From positions 256,001-320,000 of the forward strand of contig CAVSQW010000009.1 in the NCBI GenBank assembly GCA_963730185.1: 64,000 nt of DNA, in the 5' to 3' direction. Positions within the stretch are counted from its first letter, which is position 1. Each line of letters begins with the position of its first letter. Under the pieces are notes generated by a model. The model worked only from the letters and a program-made list of their open reading frames with translations, ran no database searches and had not been told where the DNA came from. The stretch comes from an uncultured Gemmatimonadales bacterium. GTDB taxonomy: Bacteria; Gemmatimonadota; Gemmatimonadetes; Gemmatimonadales; GWC2-71-9. The position numbers and the translations under genes are program-made. Positions 38,333 to 49,422 of the stretch are shown piece after piece.

Positions 38333-41300
38333 CTACTTGGGGTCGAGCACCCGGCCGACGTCGAGATTGTCGAAGTTCAAGATGGTGTTGAACACCAGGA
38401 AGTAGCTTCCCACGGTCGAGCCGCGCCAGATCGGATTGATGGCGAACAGGACCACGTGCCCTTTGTCGTGGGGCACGTCGACCACGACCGGGTGCTGGGC
38501 GATGTCGCCGCCGCCGTCGAGCAGCCCGGAGACCAGGAGGTCTCGCTGCTCGCCGAAGCGGAGCACGACCCGGGGCCGCTGGTCCGGCGGGATGATTCGG
38601 AGCGGGTTCCGGAGCTGCTCGTCGCTGAGCGGAGCCCGCTCCCACGGCTTGACCTCTGGCCGGGGCGGCGCCTCGAACTTGGGGTCGAGGAGCGGGCGTC
38701 CCTGGGGGACGTCGGCCTCGTCGGACCGGCCCCGCCCGGTGGGTCGGGAGTCGACCCCGCCGAACCGGCCGCCGCGGAAGCCGCCCCCCGCCGTGCTGGC
38801 GACCGAAAACGCCCCCCCGTCTTCGCTGTAGACCGCCAGGCTGTCCGGGACGCCGTAGCTGATCGGGCTCGCGGCGTCGACCACCCGGGACCGGAGCAGC
38901 GAGCCGACCACTCGACCCCGGGTCTCCCGGGTCGAGACGCCGGCGGTGAGCCCGTAGTCGACTGCGAAGCCCGCGGTATTGTCCACGCCCACCAGCACGC
39001 CGCCGGCCTTCACGAAGTCGTCGAGATGCTGGAGGCCCTCCCACCCCAACCCGGGCCGGATGTCGTCGGTCTGGTCGATCACGCCGAGATTCGGGGTCAG
39101 GTCGGATTTCTTCCAGGGCATCGGGTTCCGCCAGGTCGGGAGACCCTGGACGATCGACGCGGCGTTCCCTCCCGTCGGTGGAAAGAGGATCACGTCGAAG
39201 CGGCTCCGAAGATCCGGCTCCCGAGCGACGTCCTGGACGCTGAGGTACTGGAATGGAATCGAGAGGAAGTCGAAGGCCTGCCGCCACCACCCTTCGGTCT
39301 GGGTGCCGAGCCAGGTATGGAGGATGGCGACCCGGGCGGCCCGAAGCGGATGGGTCTTCACCGAGGGGGGCGCGTCGAGCCCGTAGGCGGTGAGGCCCAG
39401 CGCCCGCACGGCGCGATCGAGCTCGCCCCGCTCGACGCCGCGAATCAGGAAGGTGCCCCGGTCGAATCGGCGGCCGGCCCCGTCGAACGATTCCTCCGCC
39501 GCCTGGAAGTCGGCGTCGCGGAAGCGATAGCGAAGCGTGGCCAGGGCGTTGTCGCCGTTGTGCTCGATCGCGACGATGGGTCCGGCGCCGTGAATCCCGC
39601 CGGGCGCCCTGACCGAGTCGGTCACCCGCGTCATCGGCGCCTCGAGCACCTTGGGGTCGACCACCCGGACCGCCTCGACGCCGAAGCCCTCCGGGAAGGT
39701 CCAGCCGGTGTCGTCGTACGGCGTCTTCTGGGGATCCTCGGGGCTCCAATACTGGTAGTCCAGCAAGGCGTCGGCGATCCGGGAGTACGGCTGGTCCATC
39801 CGAACCACGTAGCTCCCGGCCGGGAACGACCGGGTCCGGGCCGAATCGGCGTCGCTCGTCTTCCCGCTGCCCCGCTCCCCTCCTTTGGCGGGCAGGGCGG
39901 GCAGGGTGACGGTGAACGGCCCGGTGGCCCGCGAGATCTCCACGTGCTGCTTCTGGAGCACCCGGAGCATCTCGGCCTGGGCGCCGGGCCGGGGGTCGTC
40001 GGCGGGCAGAACGTAGGCGGCCGGCCCCTCGGTACGGGCCTTGGCGATCGACCGCTTGGCCTTCTCGTAAAAGTTCTCGAGGAAGAGCCGCCGATTGTTG
40101 GCGATGTAGCTGAGCGAGACCAGGAGCCCGGTCTGCTCGTAGTTGTTGTTGTTTCGGAGCGACCACTTGACCCGGGGCAGCGGCGGATTCTGCCGGTACC
40201 AGGTCCGCGAGGTCTGGCCGGGCGAGAGAGTCCGTTCCAGGGTTTCCGCGCTGCCGCCGTTCCCGAAGGTCTCGTAAAGGCGGCTGATGCCGTTGTGGGT
40301 GGCGGCCATGAACATCAGGTAGCCCGGCGACCAGGTGTCGAAGCTCCCGAAGGCGAAGACACCGGGCATCCCGTACCGGGTCATCTCCTGCACGTTGTTC
40401 CACCCGATCATCTGCCACTCGTTGGTGAGGAGCGGATCGAGCCAGGCGTTGTAGGGTCCGTCGCCGATGGTGTTGTCGTAGAGATAGGGCACCGACTCGT
40501 GCAGGTCGTGGATCAGGAGCGCCTTCCAGTCCACGAATGTGTTCAGGACGTTCTGGGAGAGCTTGAGCGTGAGGCCCATCGCGTCGCGGTTGTTGTCGTG
40601 GCCGACGTAGTGGCCCCAATAAAGGAGGTTGGGCCAGGTGTCGTCGGGGTGGGCCATGTGCCAGTTGAACAGGTCGACCTGCCGGTCTCGGCCGTCGACC
40701 TCGACGATCGGCGTGATCAGGGTGATCACGTGGTCGCGGATGTTCCGGATATAGGGGCTTTCGTCGACGGCCAGGCGGTAGGCCAGCTCCATCAGCGCGG
40801 TCGGCGCGCCGGTCTCGGGCGAATGGATGGTGCCGGTGATGTAGTAGATCGGCGCCGCCTCCGCGGCCAGGCGGGACGCTTCGGTGTCGTTCATCCGGAT
40901 GGTCCGCGGGTCCGCCAGCTTGGCCAGCTTGGCGCGGTTGGCGTCGAGCCCGGCGATCAGGGCGTCCGACGCCACGGCCACCGCGATCATCTCCCGCCCT
41001 TCCTCGGTCCGGCCGATCGAGAACACCTTCACCCGCGGGCTCGCGTCGTCCAGCATCCGCATGTAGCGGTAGACCTCGGTCGAGTAGGGCAGCTTGTTCG
41101 GCGCGCCCGCGATGTCGCCCAACACGGCGGCGGGCGTCGGCACCGTCTTGGACGCCGGCAGGTAGTCCACCAGCGGCGAGAGGAAGAACGGCTCGGTGGT
41201 GTACTGCTTGATCTTCCGGGTGTACTCCGGGTCGATCGGCTGATTCGGGGCGGGGCCCGGGACGATCAGCGAACCGGGCGACGGGGCGGCACTCGAACCG

Positions 41301-41386
41301 GGGCGCTGGGCGGCGGCGGTGGTCACGACCAGCGTGAGCCCGAGCCACGGAGCGAGGGCGTGCCAACGAGACGAGCGAAGCATCAT
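38333..41386 (-). CDS. Secreted M14 zinc carboxypeptidase-family protein
   Basis: IGRTEEGRE, IHSPETG (HxxE), HDNNRD, HDLHE; signal peptide. Confidence 0.88.
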   Translation of the reverse strand: MMLRSSRWHALAPWLGLTLVVTTAAAQRPGSSAAPSPGSLIVPGPAPNQPIDPEYTRKIKQYTTEPFFLSPLVDYLPASKTVPTPAAVLGDIAGAPNKLPYSTEVYRYMRMLDDASPRVKVFSIGRTEEGREMIAVAVASDALIAGLDANRAKLAKLADPRTIRMNDTEASRLAAEAAPIYYITGTIHSPETGAPTALMELAYRLAVDESPYIRNIRDHVITLITPIVEVDGRDRQVDLFNWHMAHPDDTWPNLLYWGHYVGHDNNRDAMGLTLKLSQNVLNTFVDWKALLIHDLHESVPYLYDNTIGDGPYNAWLDPLLTNEWQMIGWNNVQEMTRYGMPGVFAFGSFDTWSPGYLMFMAATHNGISRLYETFGNGGSAETLERTLSPGQTSRTWYRQNPPLPRVKWSLRNNNNYEQTGLLVSLSYIANNRRLFLENFYEKAKRSIAKARTEGPAAYVLPADDPRPGAQAEMLRVLQKQHVEISRATGPFTVTLPALPAKGGERGSGKTSDADSARTRSFPAGSYVVRMDQPYSRIADALLDYQYWSPEDPQKTPYDDTGWTFPEGFGVEAVRVVDPKVLEAPMTRVTDSVRAPGGIHGAGPIVAIEHNGDNALATLRYRFRDADFQAAEESFDGAGRRFDRGTFLIRGVERGELDRAVRALGLTAYGLDAPPSVKTHPLRAARVAILHTWLGTQTEGWWRQAFDFLSIPFQYLSVQDVAREPDLRSRFDVILFPPTGGNAASIVQGLPTWRNPMPWKKSDLTPNLGVIDQTDDIRPGLGWEGLQHLDDFVKAGGVLVGVDNTAGFAVDYGLTAGVSTRETRGRVVGSLLRSRVVDAASPISYGVPDSLAVYSEDGGAFSVASTAGGGFRGGRFGGVDSRPTGRGRSDEADVPQGRPLLDPKFEAPPRPEVKPWERAPLSDEQLRNPLRIIPPDQRPRVVLRFGEQRDLLVSGLLDGGGDIAQHPVVVDVPHDKGHVVLFAINPIWRGSTVGSYFLVFNTILNFDNLDVGRVLDPK

Positions 41387-41482
41387 CGATATCTCTGCGA
41401 TGGAGAAGGAGTGGACCGGCCTGCGGCCCGGCAGAAAGGTATGGCGGGGGGTACCGTCAGGCCAGCCGCCCGACGAGCGGGA

Positions 41483-42844
41483 TCACCGCGTGGAATCGGA
41501 GAGGGCGATCAGCCCGCGGGCCAGCATGCCTTGCCAGTTCACATACTCGTGACCGCCGTCGAACTCGGCATAGGTCACGAAGTAGCCTTGCTCCACCAGG
41601 GTGTCGTGCAACCGCCGGTTCAGGGCAAGCATGGTCAGGGAGTCTTCGGGCTCTGGCGTGTCCTCCAGTAGTCCGACCGCCAGGAAGAATCGGATCGGGA
41701 GCCGGCCCCGCTCGGCGTAGGCCCGGCGAATCCACTCTCGCGGCGAGTCCGGGCGGTCGGGGTGCCACCAGAAGGCGCCGGACATCGAAAGCACCTTCCC
41801 GAATCGTCCCGGGTAGGCCAGCGCCGCGCAGGCCGCGGCCAGACCGCCCGCGCTCGATCCGGCCAGCACGATCCGATCGGGATCGGTCGAGGTCCCGTAA
41901 CGAGCGCTCGCCCACGGCACGAGCTCGGTCGCGAGGAACTCGGCGAACGTCGGGCTGCAGTGGAGGTCGGTGTTCCGGGTCCGCCCCGGATTGCCGACGA
42001 GGAGCGCCACCGTCGGGCGGATGGCGTGGGCCGCGATCAGGTTGTCGAGGATCGTCGGGGTGGGCACCATGGAGCGATACCACGGGCCGTCGAACAGTAC
42101 CAGCAGATCGGGCGGATCGGTGGCGGTACGAGGTACCGCCGGCCGGTAGACCGTGACCGGCCGCTCGCCGCCCAGCGCCCGACTCGCGACCGTACTCTCG
42201 GCGACCACGCCGGCGGGGATCCCGGACCGGGGCCGCGACCACGGCAGCGACGGTGCCGCGGGGAGCTCGACCAGCGAATTCAGGTAGAGCGGCGGCGCCC
42301 GCCCGTCGGCCGGGTACCGGGCGGCGTTGAGCGGGTCGAGCGCGAAGGGCCTGATCCGACGGACGAAATCGTCCATGTTCGTCGGATCGATTCCCTCGAG
42401 GTCGACGTTGGCTCCGAGCAGGTAGGTGAAGCGGGCGTCCCGACCGACGACGTAGCTGGCATACCAGACGTGCGTCCCCGGGAGGCGGGTCAGCGGGTTG
42501 TCGCCGAGGTTCATCGTTGCCCGGGGACCTCGGAACAACATGACGTTCCGGGTGGAATCGGTTCCGCGATAGAGAAACGTTACCCGGGCCAAGGCCGTCT
42601 GGCCCGGGACCGGTTCCACCCACGGCGCGCCCCGCACCGCGACCTCCCGCCAGAAGGCGGCCTCGGCCCCCGGAGTGCCAGCCGCCACTCGCGCCGCAAG
42701 CTCGCGGAGCCGGGGGCTTTCCGGCGCGCGCTGCTGCGCTCCGGCCGTGCGGGCCGCCAGGGCCGCCAGGAGCCAGGCGGCTCCGGTTCGAAGCCGGATC
42801 GGGGTGCTAAAAATTGAACTCGGCACCGAGGTTCCACGCGGCAT
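41483..42844 (-). CDS. Fes-like (enterochelin esterase family) alpha/beta hydrolase
   Basis: LVLFDG, ILDNLIA, GSSAGGL, GGHE; start uncertain, overlaps the upstream gene end. Confidence 0.85.
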   Translation of the reverse strand: MPRGTSVPSSIFSTPIRLRTGAAWLLAALAARTAGAQQRAPESPRLRELAARVAAGTPGAEAAFWREVAVRGAPWVEPVPGQTALARVTFLYRGTDSTRNVMLFRGPRATMNLGDNPLTRLPGTHVWYASYVVGRDARFTYLLGANVDLEGIDPTNMDDFVRRIRPFALDPLNAARYPADGRAPPLYLNSLVELPAAPSLPWSRPRSGIPAGVVAESTVASRALGGERPVTVYRPAVPRTATDPPDLLVLFDGPWYRSMVPTPTILDNLIAAHAIRPTVALLVGNPGRTRNTDLHCSPTFAEFLATELVPWASARYGTSTDPDRIVLAGSSAGGLAAACAALAYPGRFGKVLSMSGAFWWHPDRPDSPREWIRRAYAERGRLPIRFFLAVGLLEDTPEPEDSLTMLALNRRLHDTLVEQGYFVTYAEFDGGHEYVNWQGMLARGLIALSDSTR

Positions 42845-44096
42845 ACGGCTGGAGCCCGCCCGCCCGAAGCGGCACCAGCCCGCTCGCGATGAGCAGCGGG
42901 CCGCCCTTGGTCTGGAACTTGAACCCGAACGAACCGATAACCCGATGGTCCTTCCGGTCGGCGATGTTGGTCGGGATGACGGTGCGGGGGAAGGGAGCCT
43001 GGAACTGGATCGGGCCGGGGAGCACCAGATCCGGGGTGCCCAGCTCCCATTCCGACAACACGTCGACCGCCAGGGTGGCCCAGGGGGCCATCGGATGGTC
43101 GAAGCCGATGGTGGCCAGGATGTCGTCGCTCCGGCCGGCTCCCGTGCGGAGCTGATAGCCCAGGTTCAGGTGGGGGGCGAACGACCCAAACTGGGCCGAG
43201 GCGATGGCGTTGGTGCGGAGGACCGTGTGGCCGGACCCGAGCAGATCCTCCTCGCTGCCGGTGGGCAGGCGGGCGTCTTCCATCACCGAGAGTCCGAAAC
43301 GCTCGCTCGACACCAGGCTGACCTTCAGGCGAAGGGCCAGGTCGCCCAACCCGGTCGCGGACCCATAGGTGACTGCCGTGGCCCGAAGCTCGGGGTTCTC
43401 CGGGGTGCCGCTGAAGAAGTGCACCACCTCCGGCCCGAAGGGAAAGATCTGCGCCACGCTGGTGCCCTGCAGCGAGGTCCGCACCAGGGGGACCGCCAGA
43501 CCGATGTCGACCCGGTCGCTCAGACCGTAGGTCACGAAAAACGTCGCGACGCTCAGACTCATCTGGAGATTCATCCGCACCTCGATGATGTCGTTCTCCA
43601 GGAGCGGGTCTCCCAGCACCCCGACCGGGGGACGATCCTCGTGGGCCAGGTTGAAGACCAGCTGATCGAGCGGCGTTCCCCGAATGGTCTTGAAGCTGAT
43701 GTTGGTGAGGCCCGCCCCGATCAGGAGTCGCGACCGGCCCAGGGTCTGAGCCCGCTCTCCGAAGATCGGCCCGGCCGACGTCGAGGTCCGGACCGGGAGA
43801 CCGTTCACGAACTTGAAGGTTTGGCCGCTGCTGCTGGCGGACAGCGGGATCGAGCCCGCGCTCGAGCCGATCGCCGTGGTCAGGAAGCCGAGGATGGCCG
43901 AGTTGTTGGCGATTACGTCGGGAATGAAGTGGTCGCCATGCCCGTTCGCGGCGTTGACCGAGCCGTCGAGGCAGAGGATGTGTCCGCAGTTGCCGAAGGA
44001 GAAGAGGTCCAGGATCCGGTCCCTGAGGTGCTGGGCGCGGGCCGGGACGGCCAGGACGATGAGGGCCAATCCCGCCAACAGCAGGTGACGTCGCAT
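42807..44096 (-). CDS. Secreted, probable outer-membrane beta-barrel protein
   Basis: Signal peptide, ERAQTLG, GLGDLALRLK, RLPTG, terminal EFNF. Confidence 0.7.
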   Translation of the reverse strand: MRRHLLLAGLALIVLAVPARAQHLRDRILDLFSFGNCGHILCLDGSVNAANGHGDHFIPDVIANNSAILGFLTTAIGSSAGSIPLSASSSGQTFKFVNGLPVRTSTSAGPIFGERAQTLGRSRLLIGAGLTNISFKTIRGTPLDQLVFNLAHEDRPPVGVLGDPLLENDIIEVRMNLQMSLSVATFFVTYGLSDRVDIGLAVPLVRTSLQGTSVAQIFPFGPEVVHFFSGTPENPELRATAVTYGSATGLGDLALRLKVSLVSSERFGLSVMEDARLPTGSEEDLLGSGHTVLRTNAIASAQFGSFAPHLNLGYQLRTGAGRSDDILATIGFDHPMAPWATLAVDVLSEWELGTPDLVLPGPIQFQAPFPRTVIPTNIADRKDHRVIGSFGFKFQTKGGPLLIASGLVPLRAGGLQPYAAWNLGAEFNF

Positions 44097-44159
44097 GAGG
44101 TCTCCGCGAGCGGGCGGGCCCCGCTCGAGTGGGTTTCGGGTCGGGTTGGGTCGGGTCGG

Positions 44160-45995
44160 TCAGTTGTCGACGTGCAGGAGGTGCCAGTCGTCGCCTCGGT
44201 GCTCGAGTCGGATCCGGAGGTGGACGGCTTCGGACGCTGGCTTCGCGCGAGGAGCGGTCACCTGGTTGGTTCCGGTGATCAGGGCCGTGGCGCTGTCGCC
44301 GGTCACGGTGACACTGCCCACCGTCCAGGTGGCGTGCAGCCGGCCACCGGACGAGAAGAACGCCTCGAGACCGTCACGCTGCTCCACGGTCAGGCCGGGA
44401 TAGGCCCGACGCACCCGGGTCAGGTCGCCACTCTCGAGGGCTTGGCGGTAGCGATCGATCGCCGCCTCGATGCCCGGCCGCGGGTCGACGGCCGCGGGTG
44501 CCTCGGCGGCCCGGGTGGCGATCGGCGCGGGTGGTGGCGCCGGCGTCGCGAGCCGGGGGACGGTCGGCTCCTCGGCCGCGATTCTGGCGATGGCCAGGCT
44601 CTCCGCGGGCGGCGTCACGGTGGCCGGCGGGGGAGGGGGTGACGGCATCGGCGCCGGGCTCGCGTCGACCCGAGCGGTCTCGGAGGCCGCCCGTCTGGCC
44701 GGCGGACTCGGGTCGGGCGTCACCGGCCGGGTCGCCGGCGCGTTGTCCGAGGTCGGCCCGGCGATCGAGGCCGCGACCGGGGCGGCCGCCGTCGCCGTGT
44801 CCGGGGCGGCTCCGGATCTCGCCGGCGCGACGGCCGGTGGGCGGAGCGCCAGGTAGAACGCCACCGCCAGCGCGCCGAATGTCAGCCCACCCAGCGCCGG
44901 GACCAGCCAGGGACGGGACCGGGCGGCCGGTGGGGCGGTCGGTGCCGGGGTCGGCCGGGTCGGCGCCCAGGCCCGGGCCGGTGCCCGGGTTATGGGGACC
45001 GGGCTCCGCGGTGTCTGGGCCCGGGCCACCAGATTGGCGACCGTCCCGGTTCGGGCCAACTCCACCAGGCGGCTTCGGGTGGAGTCGTCGAGTCCCGCGA
45101 CCGGCCCGCCGACCGCCTTGAGCGCCTCCTCCATCGATTGGTAGCGAGCCTCCGGCTCCTTTGCCAGCATCCGCATTACCGCGGCGCGCAGGGCCTCCGG
45201 GCAGTCGGGCCGGAGCGGCTCGAGCGGTGGCGGCGCGGTGTTGGCGTGCGCGAACATCATGGCCAGCGAGGTCCCGCCCCCGAAGGGGCGCTTCCCGGCG
45301 AGCATCTCGTAGGCAATGACGCCGAGGGAGTACTGATCGCTGGCCGGTCCGACGGTGCCGCCGAGGCACTGCTCCGGGCTCATGTAAGCCGGCGTTCCCA
45401 CCGCCATCCCAGTCAGGGTGAGCCCTTCGGCGTCGGCGACCTTGGCGATCCCGAAGTCGGTCACCACCACCCAGCCCTCGTCGTCGATCATGATGTTGCC
45501 GGGCTTCACGTCGCGATGGATGACGCCATTGCGGTGGGCGTAGCCAAGCGCGCTCCCGGCCTGGGCCAGCACCGCCTCCACCATCGCGACCGGAACCGAG
45601 CCCTCCTGCGTCAACACCGCGTCCAGGGTGGTGCCCTGGATCAGCTTCATCACGAAGAAGCAGAGCCCGTCGACTTCACGGACCGTGTAGACCGGAATGA
45701 TGTTGGGGTGGCTGAGCGCGGCCGCGGTCCGCGCCTCGCGCTTGAACCGCTCCGTCATCCCCTCGCCGAAGACCAGGCCCGGAGACATTACCTTGATGGC
45801 CACCTTGCGGTCGAGGGCCAGGTCGTGGGCGAGGTAAACCGATGCCATGCCGCCCCTGGCCAGCTCGCTGTGGACGTCATACTCGCCCAGGGTGGCGGCG
45901 CGGAGCCGCTCCAGGACGTCGTCGGTCCTGAGGCTGGACGGGGGTCCCAGGGGCGGCGTGGAGCCGGACCCGGGCGTCGTGCCGGGTTCGTTCAT
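44160..45995 (-). CDS. Hanks-type Ser/Thr protein kinase with TM helix and extracytoplasmic C-terminal domain
   Basis: GGMASVY, VAIK, HRDVKPGN, DFG, GTPAYMSPE; TM, Pro/Ala linker; start trimmed to MNEPG. Confidence 0.93.
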   Translation of the reverse strand: MNEPGTTPGSGSTPPLGPPSSLRTDDVLERLRAATLGEYDVHSELARGGMASVYLAHDLALDRKVAIKVMSPGLVFGEGMTERFKREARTAAALSHPNIIPVYTVREVDGLCFFVMKLIQGTTLDAVLTQEGSVPVAMVEAVLAQAGSALGYAHRNGVIHRDVKPGNIMIDDEGWVVVTDFGIAKVADAEGLTLTGMAVGTPAYMSPEQCLGGTVGPASDQYSLGVIAYEMLAGKRPFGGGTSLAMMFAHANTAPPPLEPLRPDCPEALRAAVMRMLAKEPEARYQSMEEALKAVGGPVAGLDDSTRSRLVELARTGTVANLVARAQTPRSPVPITRAPARAWAPTRPTPAPTAPPAARSRPWLVPALGGLTFGALAVAFYLALRPPAVAPARSGAAPDTATAAAPVAASIAGPTSDNAPATRPVTPDPSPPARRAASETARVDASPAPMPSPPPPPATVTPPAESLAIARIAAEEPTVPRLATPAPPPAPIATRAAEAPAAVDPRPGIEAAIDRYRQALESGDLTRVRRAYPGLTVEQRDGLEAFFSSGGRLHATWTVGSVTVTGDSATALITGTNQVTAPRAKPASEAVHLRIRLEHRGDDWHLLHVDN

Positions 45996-46089
45996 CGGAG
46001 ATCCTCGCCGGGGCTCGGCCCCAGCCTGAATGGAGAAGCGCTCCCCTAAGGTCTCGTCTGTCCGGCCAGGGCGCAAGCGGACCCTTGGC

Positions 46090-46752
46090 TCATCGCTTTC
46101 GCACCAGGCTCACTCCGTCGGCCAGCGGCAAGAGGCTGAGATCCACCCGAGCGTCGTCGCGGAGCTTGAGGTTGAGCGCCCGGATGGCCCGAAGGGCCGG
46201 CGTGTCGGCGTTCGGGTCGGCCACTTCGCCCCCCCAAAGCACGTTGTCGATCAGGAGCAGGCCCCCGGGTCGAAGGAGCTTCAACGCCCGCTCGTAGTAG
46301 GCGTCGTAGCGCTCCTTGTCCGCGTCGATGAAGGCGAAGTCGAAGGTCCCCGCCTGACCCTCCGCCAGGAGCGCGTCCAGGGTCTCGACGGCCGGCGCCA
46401 GACGAAGGTCGATCTTGCCGGCCACACCGGCCCGGGCCCAATAGCGCCGCGCGATCGCGGTGAACTCCTCGCTCACGTCGCAGGCAATCAGCCGGCCATC
46501 GGGGGGAAGGGCGTCGGCCACCGCCAGGGCGCTGTACCCCGTGAACACCCCGATCTCGAGGGCGCGCCGAACCCCGAGCAGGCGGACCAGGAGGCCCATG
46601 AACTGTCCCTGCTCGGGCGCGCTCTGCATCTCGGCGTTGGGGAGCCGGGCGGTCTCGGCCCGGAGATCGCGGGCCACCTCGGATTCTCGAAGCGAAACGT
46701 CGAGGACGTACTGGTACAAGACGTCGGTCAGCGGCAGGGTCTTTCGTCCCAC
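46090..46752 (-). CDS. Caffeoyl-CoA/catechol-type O-methyltransferase
   Basis: LEIGVFTGYS, FDFAFIDADK, IDNVLWGG. Confidence 0.93.
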   Translation of the reverse strand: MGRKTLPLTDVLYQYVLDVSLRESEVARDLRAETARLPNAEMQSAPEQGQFMGLLVRLLGVRRALEIGVFTGYSALAVADALPPDGRLIACDVSEEFTAIARRYWARAGVAGKIDLRLAPAVETLDALLAEGQAGTFDFAFIDADKERYDAYYERALKLLRPGGLLLIDNVLWGGEVADPNADTPALRAIRALNLKLRDDARVDLSLLPLADGVSLVRKR

Positions 46753-46911
46753 GATCTTCCTCCGGTCGAGTCCGCAAGCTAACCGGACGGGGGTACCTGG
46801 GAGCGTCCGCCCGGAGATCGACCCGACCCTGGCCTCCGCCCGCCGGGCGTGGGAGGACTGCGACTGCCTGGCTCCCGCTGACGGCGTCGGCTAGACTCCG
46901 GGCGGCCGATC

Positions 46912-49422
46912 ATGACTTCGCCCGGCAGCGGACACGCGGCCCATCGCGGCCTCAGCACCGACGAAGCCCGTCGTCGGATCGGCGAGGTCGGGCCCAATGC
47001 CCTTCCGCACTCACCCGGCGAGCCGCTCTGGCGCCGGTGGCTGCGTCAGTTTCAGAGCCCGCTGATCTACATCCTGCTCGTGGCCCTGGCCGTCGACCTC
47101 GGCGTCTGGGCGTTCGAAGGCCGGGGCGCGGGGCCGATCGACGCGGTCGCCATCGCCCTCATCCTCCTCTTCAATGCCGGCCTCGGCGTCTGGCAGGAAC
47201 GGAAGGCCGAGGGTGCTCTGGCGCGGCTGGCCACGCTCGCGGCGCCTCGGGTCTGGACTCTCCGCGACGACCGGCTGGTCGACCTCGACGCGACCGAGCT
47301 GGTGCCGGGCGACCTGATCCGGTTGGAGTCCGGCAGCCGGGTGCCGGCCGACGCGGTGGTGCGCGAGGCGTCGAGTCTGCTGGTCGACGAGTCGATCCTC
47401 ACCGGCGAGTCGTTCCCCATCGACCGGCCGGCCGGCACCGAGGCCCAGGCCGGCACGCTGGTGGTCCGTGGCCATGGCTGGCTCGAGGTGGCTCGGACCG
47501 GGTCGGCCAGCGCCTTGGGTCGGCTGGCCGTGCTGCTCGGCGAGGTGCGGGTCGAGCCGACTCCGCTGGAGCGACGGCTGGCGGCGTTCGGTCACCGGGT
47601 GGCCCGCTGGGTGACGGGTCTGGCGGCGATCGTCGCCGCGGCCGGGCTGGCAGTGGGCGGCCTCGACCATTTCGCCACCGTGTTCCTCTTTGCCGTCGCG
47701 CTCGCGGTAGCGGTGGTGCCCGAGGGGTTGCCGGCGGTACTGACGGTGACGCTCGCTCTCGGCGTGGAGCGGATGGCCCGCCGGAAGGCCGTGGTCCGGC
47801 GCCTGAGCGCCGTCGAGGCCCTCGGCTCGGTGACCGTCATCGCTACCGACAAAACCGGGACCATCACCGAGAACCGGATGGAGGTCCAGGCGCTCGACGT
47901 GCCCGACCGGGAGGCGGCGCTCCGGGCGCTGGCGCTGGCCAACGACGCCGAGCTCGACGGTGACGCCGGCGATCCAGTCGACCTGGCGCTCCTCCGGGCC
48001 GTCCGGCGAGCTGGGCTGAATCCCGCCGCCCTCCGGACCGAAGCCCCCCGGACTTCCAGCCGCCCCTTCGACGCCGACGCCCGGTTCATGCGGGTTACGG
48101 TCCGGGAGGGTGCGCGGCTGGTGAGCTATCTCAAGGGCGCCCCCGAGTCCCTCCTCGCCCGGTCGTCGCTCGACCGGACCCGGCAGGCCGAGCTGCTCGA
48201 GGCGGGACGGAGCCACGCGGCCCGCGGCGTTCGGGTCTTGGCCCTGGCCCGGGCTGAGGGCGAGGCCGAGACCGAGCTGACCTGGCTGGGCCTGGTGCTC
48301 CTCTGGGATCCACCTCGCCCGGAGGCCGCCGATGCCATCCGCCGGGCCCGTGAGGCGGGCGTCCGGGTGGTGATGGTGACCGGTGATCATCCGGCCACGG
48401 CGGTGTCCGTCGCCGAAGCGGTCGGGATCAAGGTAGGCCGGGTAGTGACCGGCCAGGAGCTGGACCAGGTCGACCCGGCTGGGCTCGACGCCCTGGTCCG
48501 CGAGGCCGGCGTCTTTGCCCGGGTCAGCCCGGAGCACAAGCTCCGGATCGTGGAGGCGCTCCGCTCGGCCGGCGAAGTCGTGGCGATGACTGGCGACGGG
48601 GTGAACGACGCGCCGGCCCTCAAGCGGGCCGATGTCGGAGTGGCGATGGGCGAGCGGGGGAGCGACCTGGCCCGCGAGGTGGCCGACTTGGTGCTGCTCG
48701 ACGACAACATCGCCACGATCGTCGGGGCCATCGAGGAAGGGCGGAGCATCTACGAGAACGTGCAGAAGTTCATCCGCTTCCTCCTCTCCACCAACCTCTC
48801 CGAAGTCCTGGTGGTCGCTCTCGGGGCGGTTGCGGCGTTCGCGCTCGGGCTCACCGATCCCGCGGGGGCCGTGCTGCTGCCCCTGACCGCCGGCCAGCTG
48901 CTCTGGATCAACCTGATCACGGACGGCGCCCCGGCCCTCGCCCTCGGCCTGGACCGGAACCCGGGGGTCATGGGCCACCGGCCGCGCGACCCCGCCGCGC
49001 CGCTCCTCGATCGGCGCTCGCTCCGCTTCGTGGTGCTCTCCGGCTCCATCAAGGCACTGGTCGCCGGCCTGATCCTCGCCCTCGTGCCGAGGCTCCTCGG
49101 TGTCGGATTCGAAGTGGCTCGGACCGCGACCTTCTTCTTTCTGGCGGCGGGCCAGCTCCTGTTCGCCTATCCCGCCCGTCACACCGACCTCTTGCCGCCG
49201 CCCAATCCGGCCGTGCATCTGGCCGTCGGGGCCAGCTTCCTGATCCAGGTGGCCGTCCTCTGGCTGCCCTGGTTCCAGAACGCCTTCCAGACCGTTCCGC
49301 TTCCGGCCTCCGTGGTGGCCTGGGTGGCGGCCAGCGTGCTCGTCTCCTGGGGCGGCGCGGAGGCGGTGAGCTGGCTCCTCTGGCGCTCCCTCAGGGACGG
49401 ATCGGCTTGTCGTCGCTCTTGA
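46912..49422 (+). CDS. P-type ATPase, P2A (Ca2+)-like
   Basis: [44 protein letters not shown]. Confidence 0.93.
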   Translation: MTSPGSGHAAHRGLSTDEARRRIGEVGPNALPHSPGEPLWRRWLRQFQSPLIYILLVALAVDLGVWAFEGRGAGPIDAVAIALILLFNAGLGVWQERKAEGALARLATLAAPRVWTLRDDRLVDLDATELVPGDLIRLESGSRVPADAVVREASSLLVDESILTGESFPIDRPAGTEAQAGTLVVRGHGWLEVARTGSASALGRLAVLLGEVRVEPTPLERRLAAFGHRVARWVTGLAAIVAAAGLAVGGLDHFATVFLFAVALAVAVVPEGLPAVLTVTLALGVERMARRKAVVRRLSAVEALGSVTVIATDKTGTITENRMEVQALDVPDREAALRALALANDAELDGDAGDPVDLALLRAVRRAGLNPAALRTEAPRTSSRPFDADARFMRVTVREGARLVSYLKGAPESLLARSSLDRTRQAELLEAGRSHAARGVRVLALARAEGEAETELTWLGLVLLWDPPRPEAADAIRRAREAGVRVVMVTGDHPATAVSVAEAVGIKVGRVVTGQELDQVDPAGLDALVREAGVFARVSPEHKLRIVEALRSAGEVVAMTGDGVNDAPALKRADVGVAMGERGSDLAREVADLVLLDDNIATIVGAIEEGRSIYENVQKFIRFLLSTNLSEVLVVALGAVAAFALGLTDPAGAVLLPLTAGQLLWINLITDGAPALALGLDRNPGVMGHRPRDPAAPLLDRRSLRFVVLSGSIKALVAGLILALVPRLLGVGFEVARTATFFFLAAGQLLFAYPARHTDLLPPPNPAVHLAVGASFLIQVAVLWLPWFQNAFQTVPLPASVVAWVAASVLVSWGGAEAVSWLLWRSLRDGSACRRS

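Noticed and set aside
49391..49422. 32-bp convergent overlap of the ATPase and amidohydrolase 3' ends
   Set aside because: Short tail-to-tail overlaps are common in compact high-GC genomes
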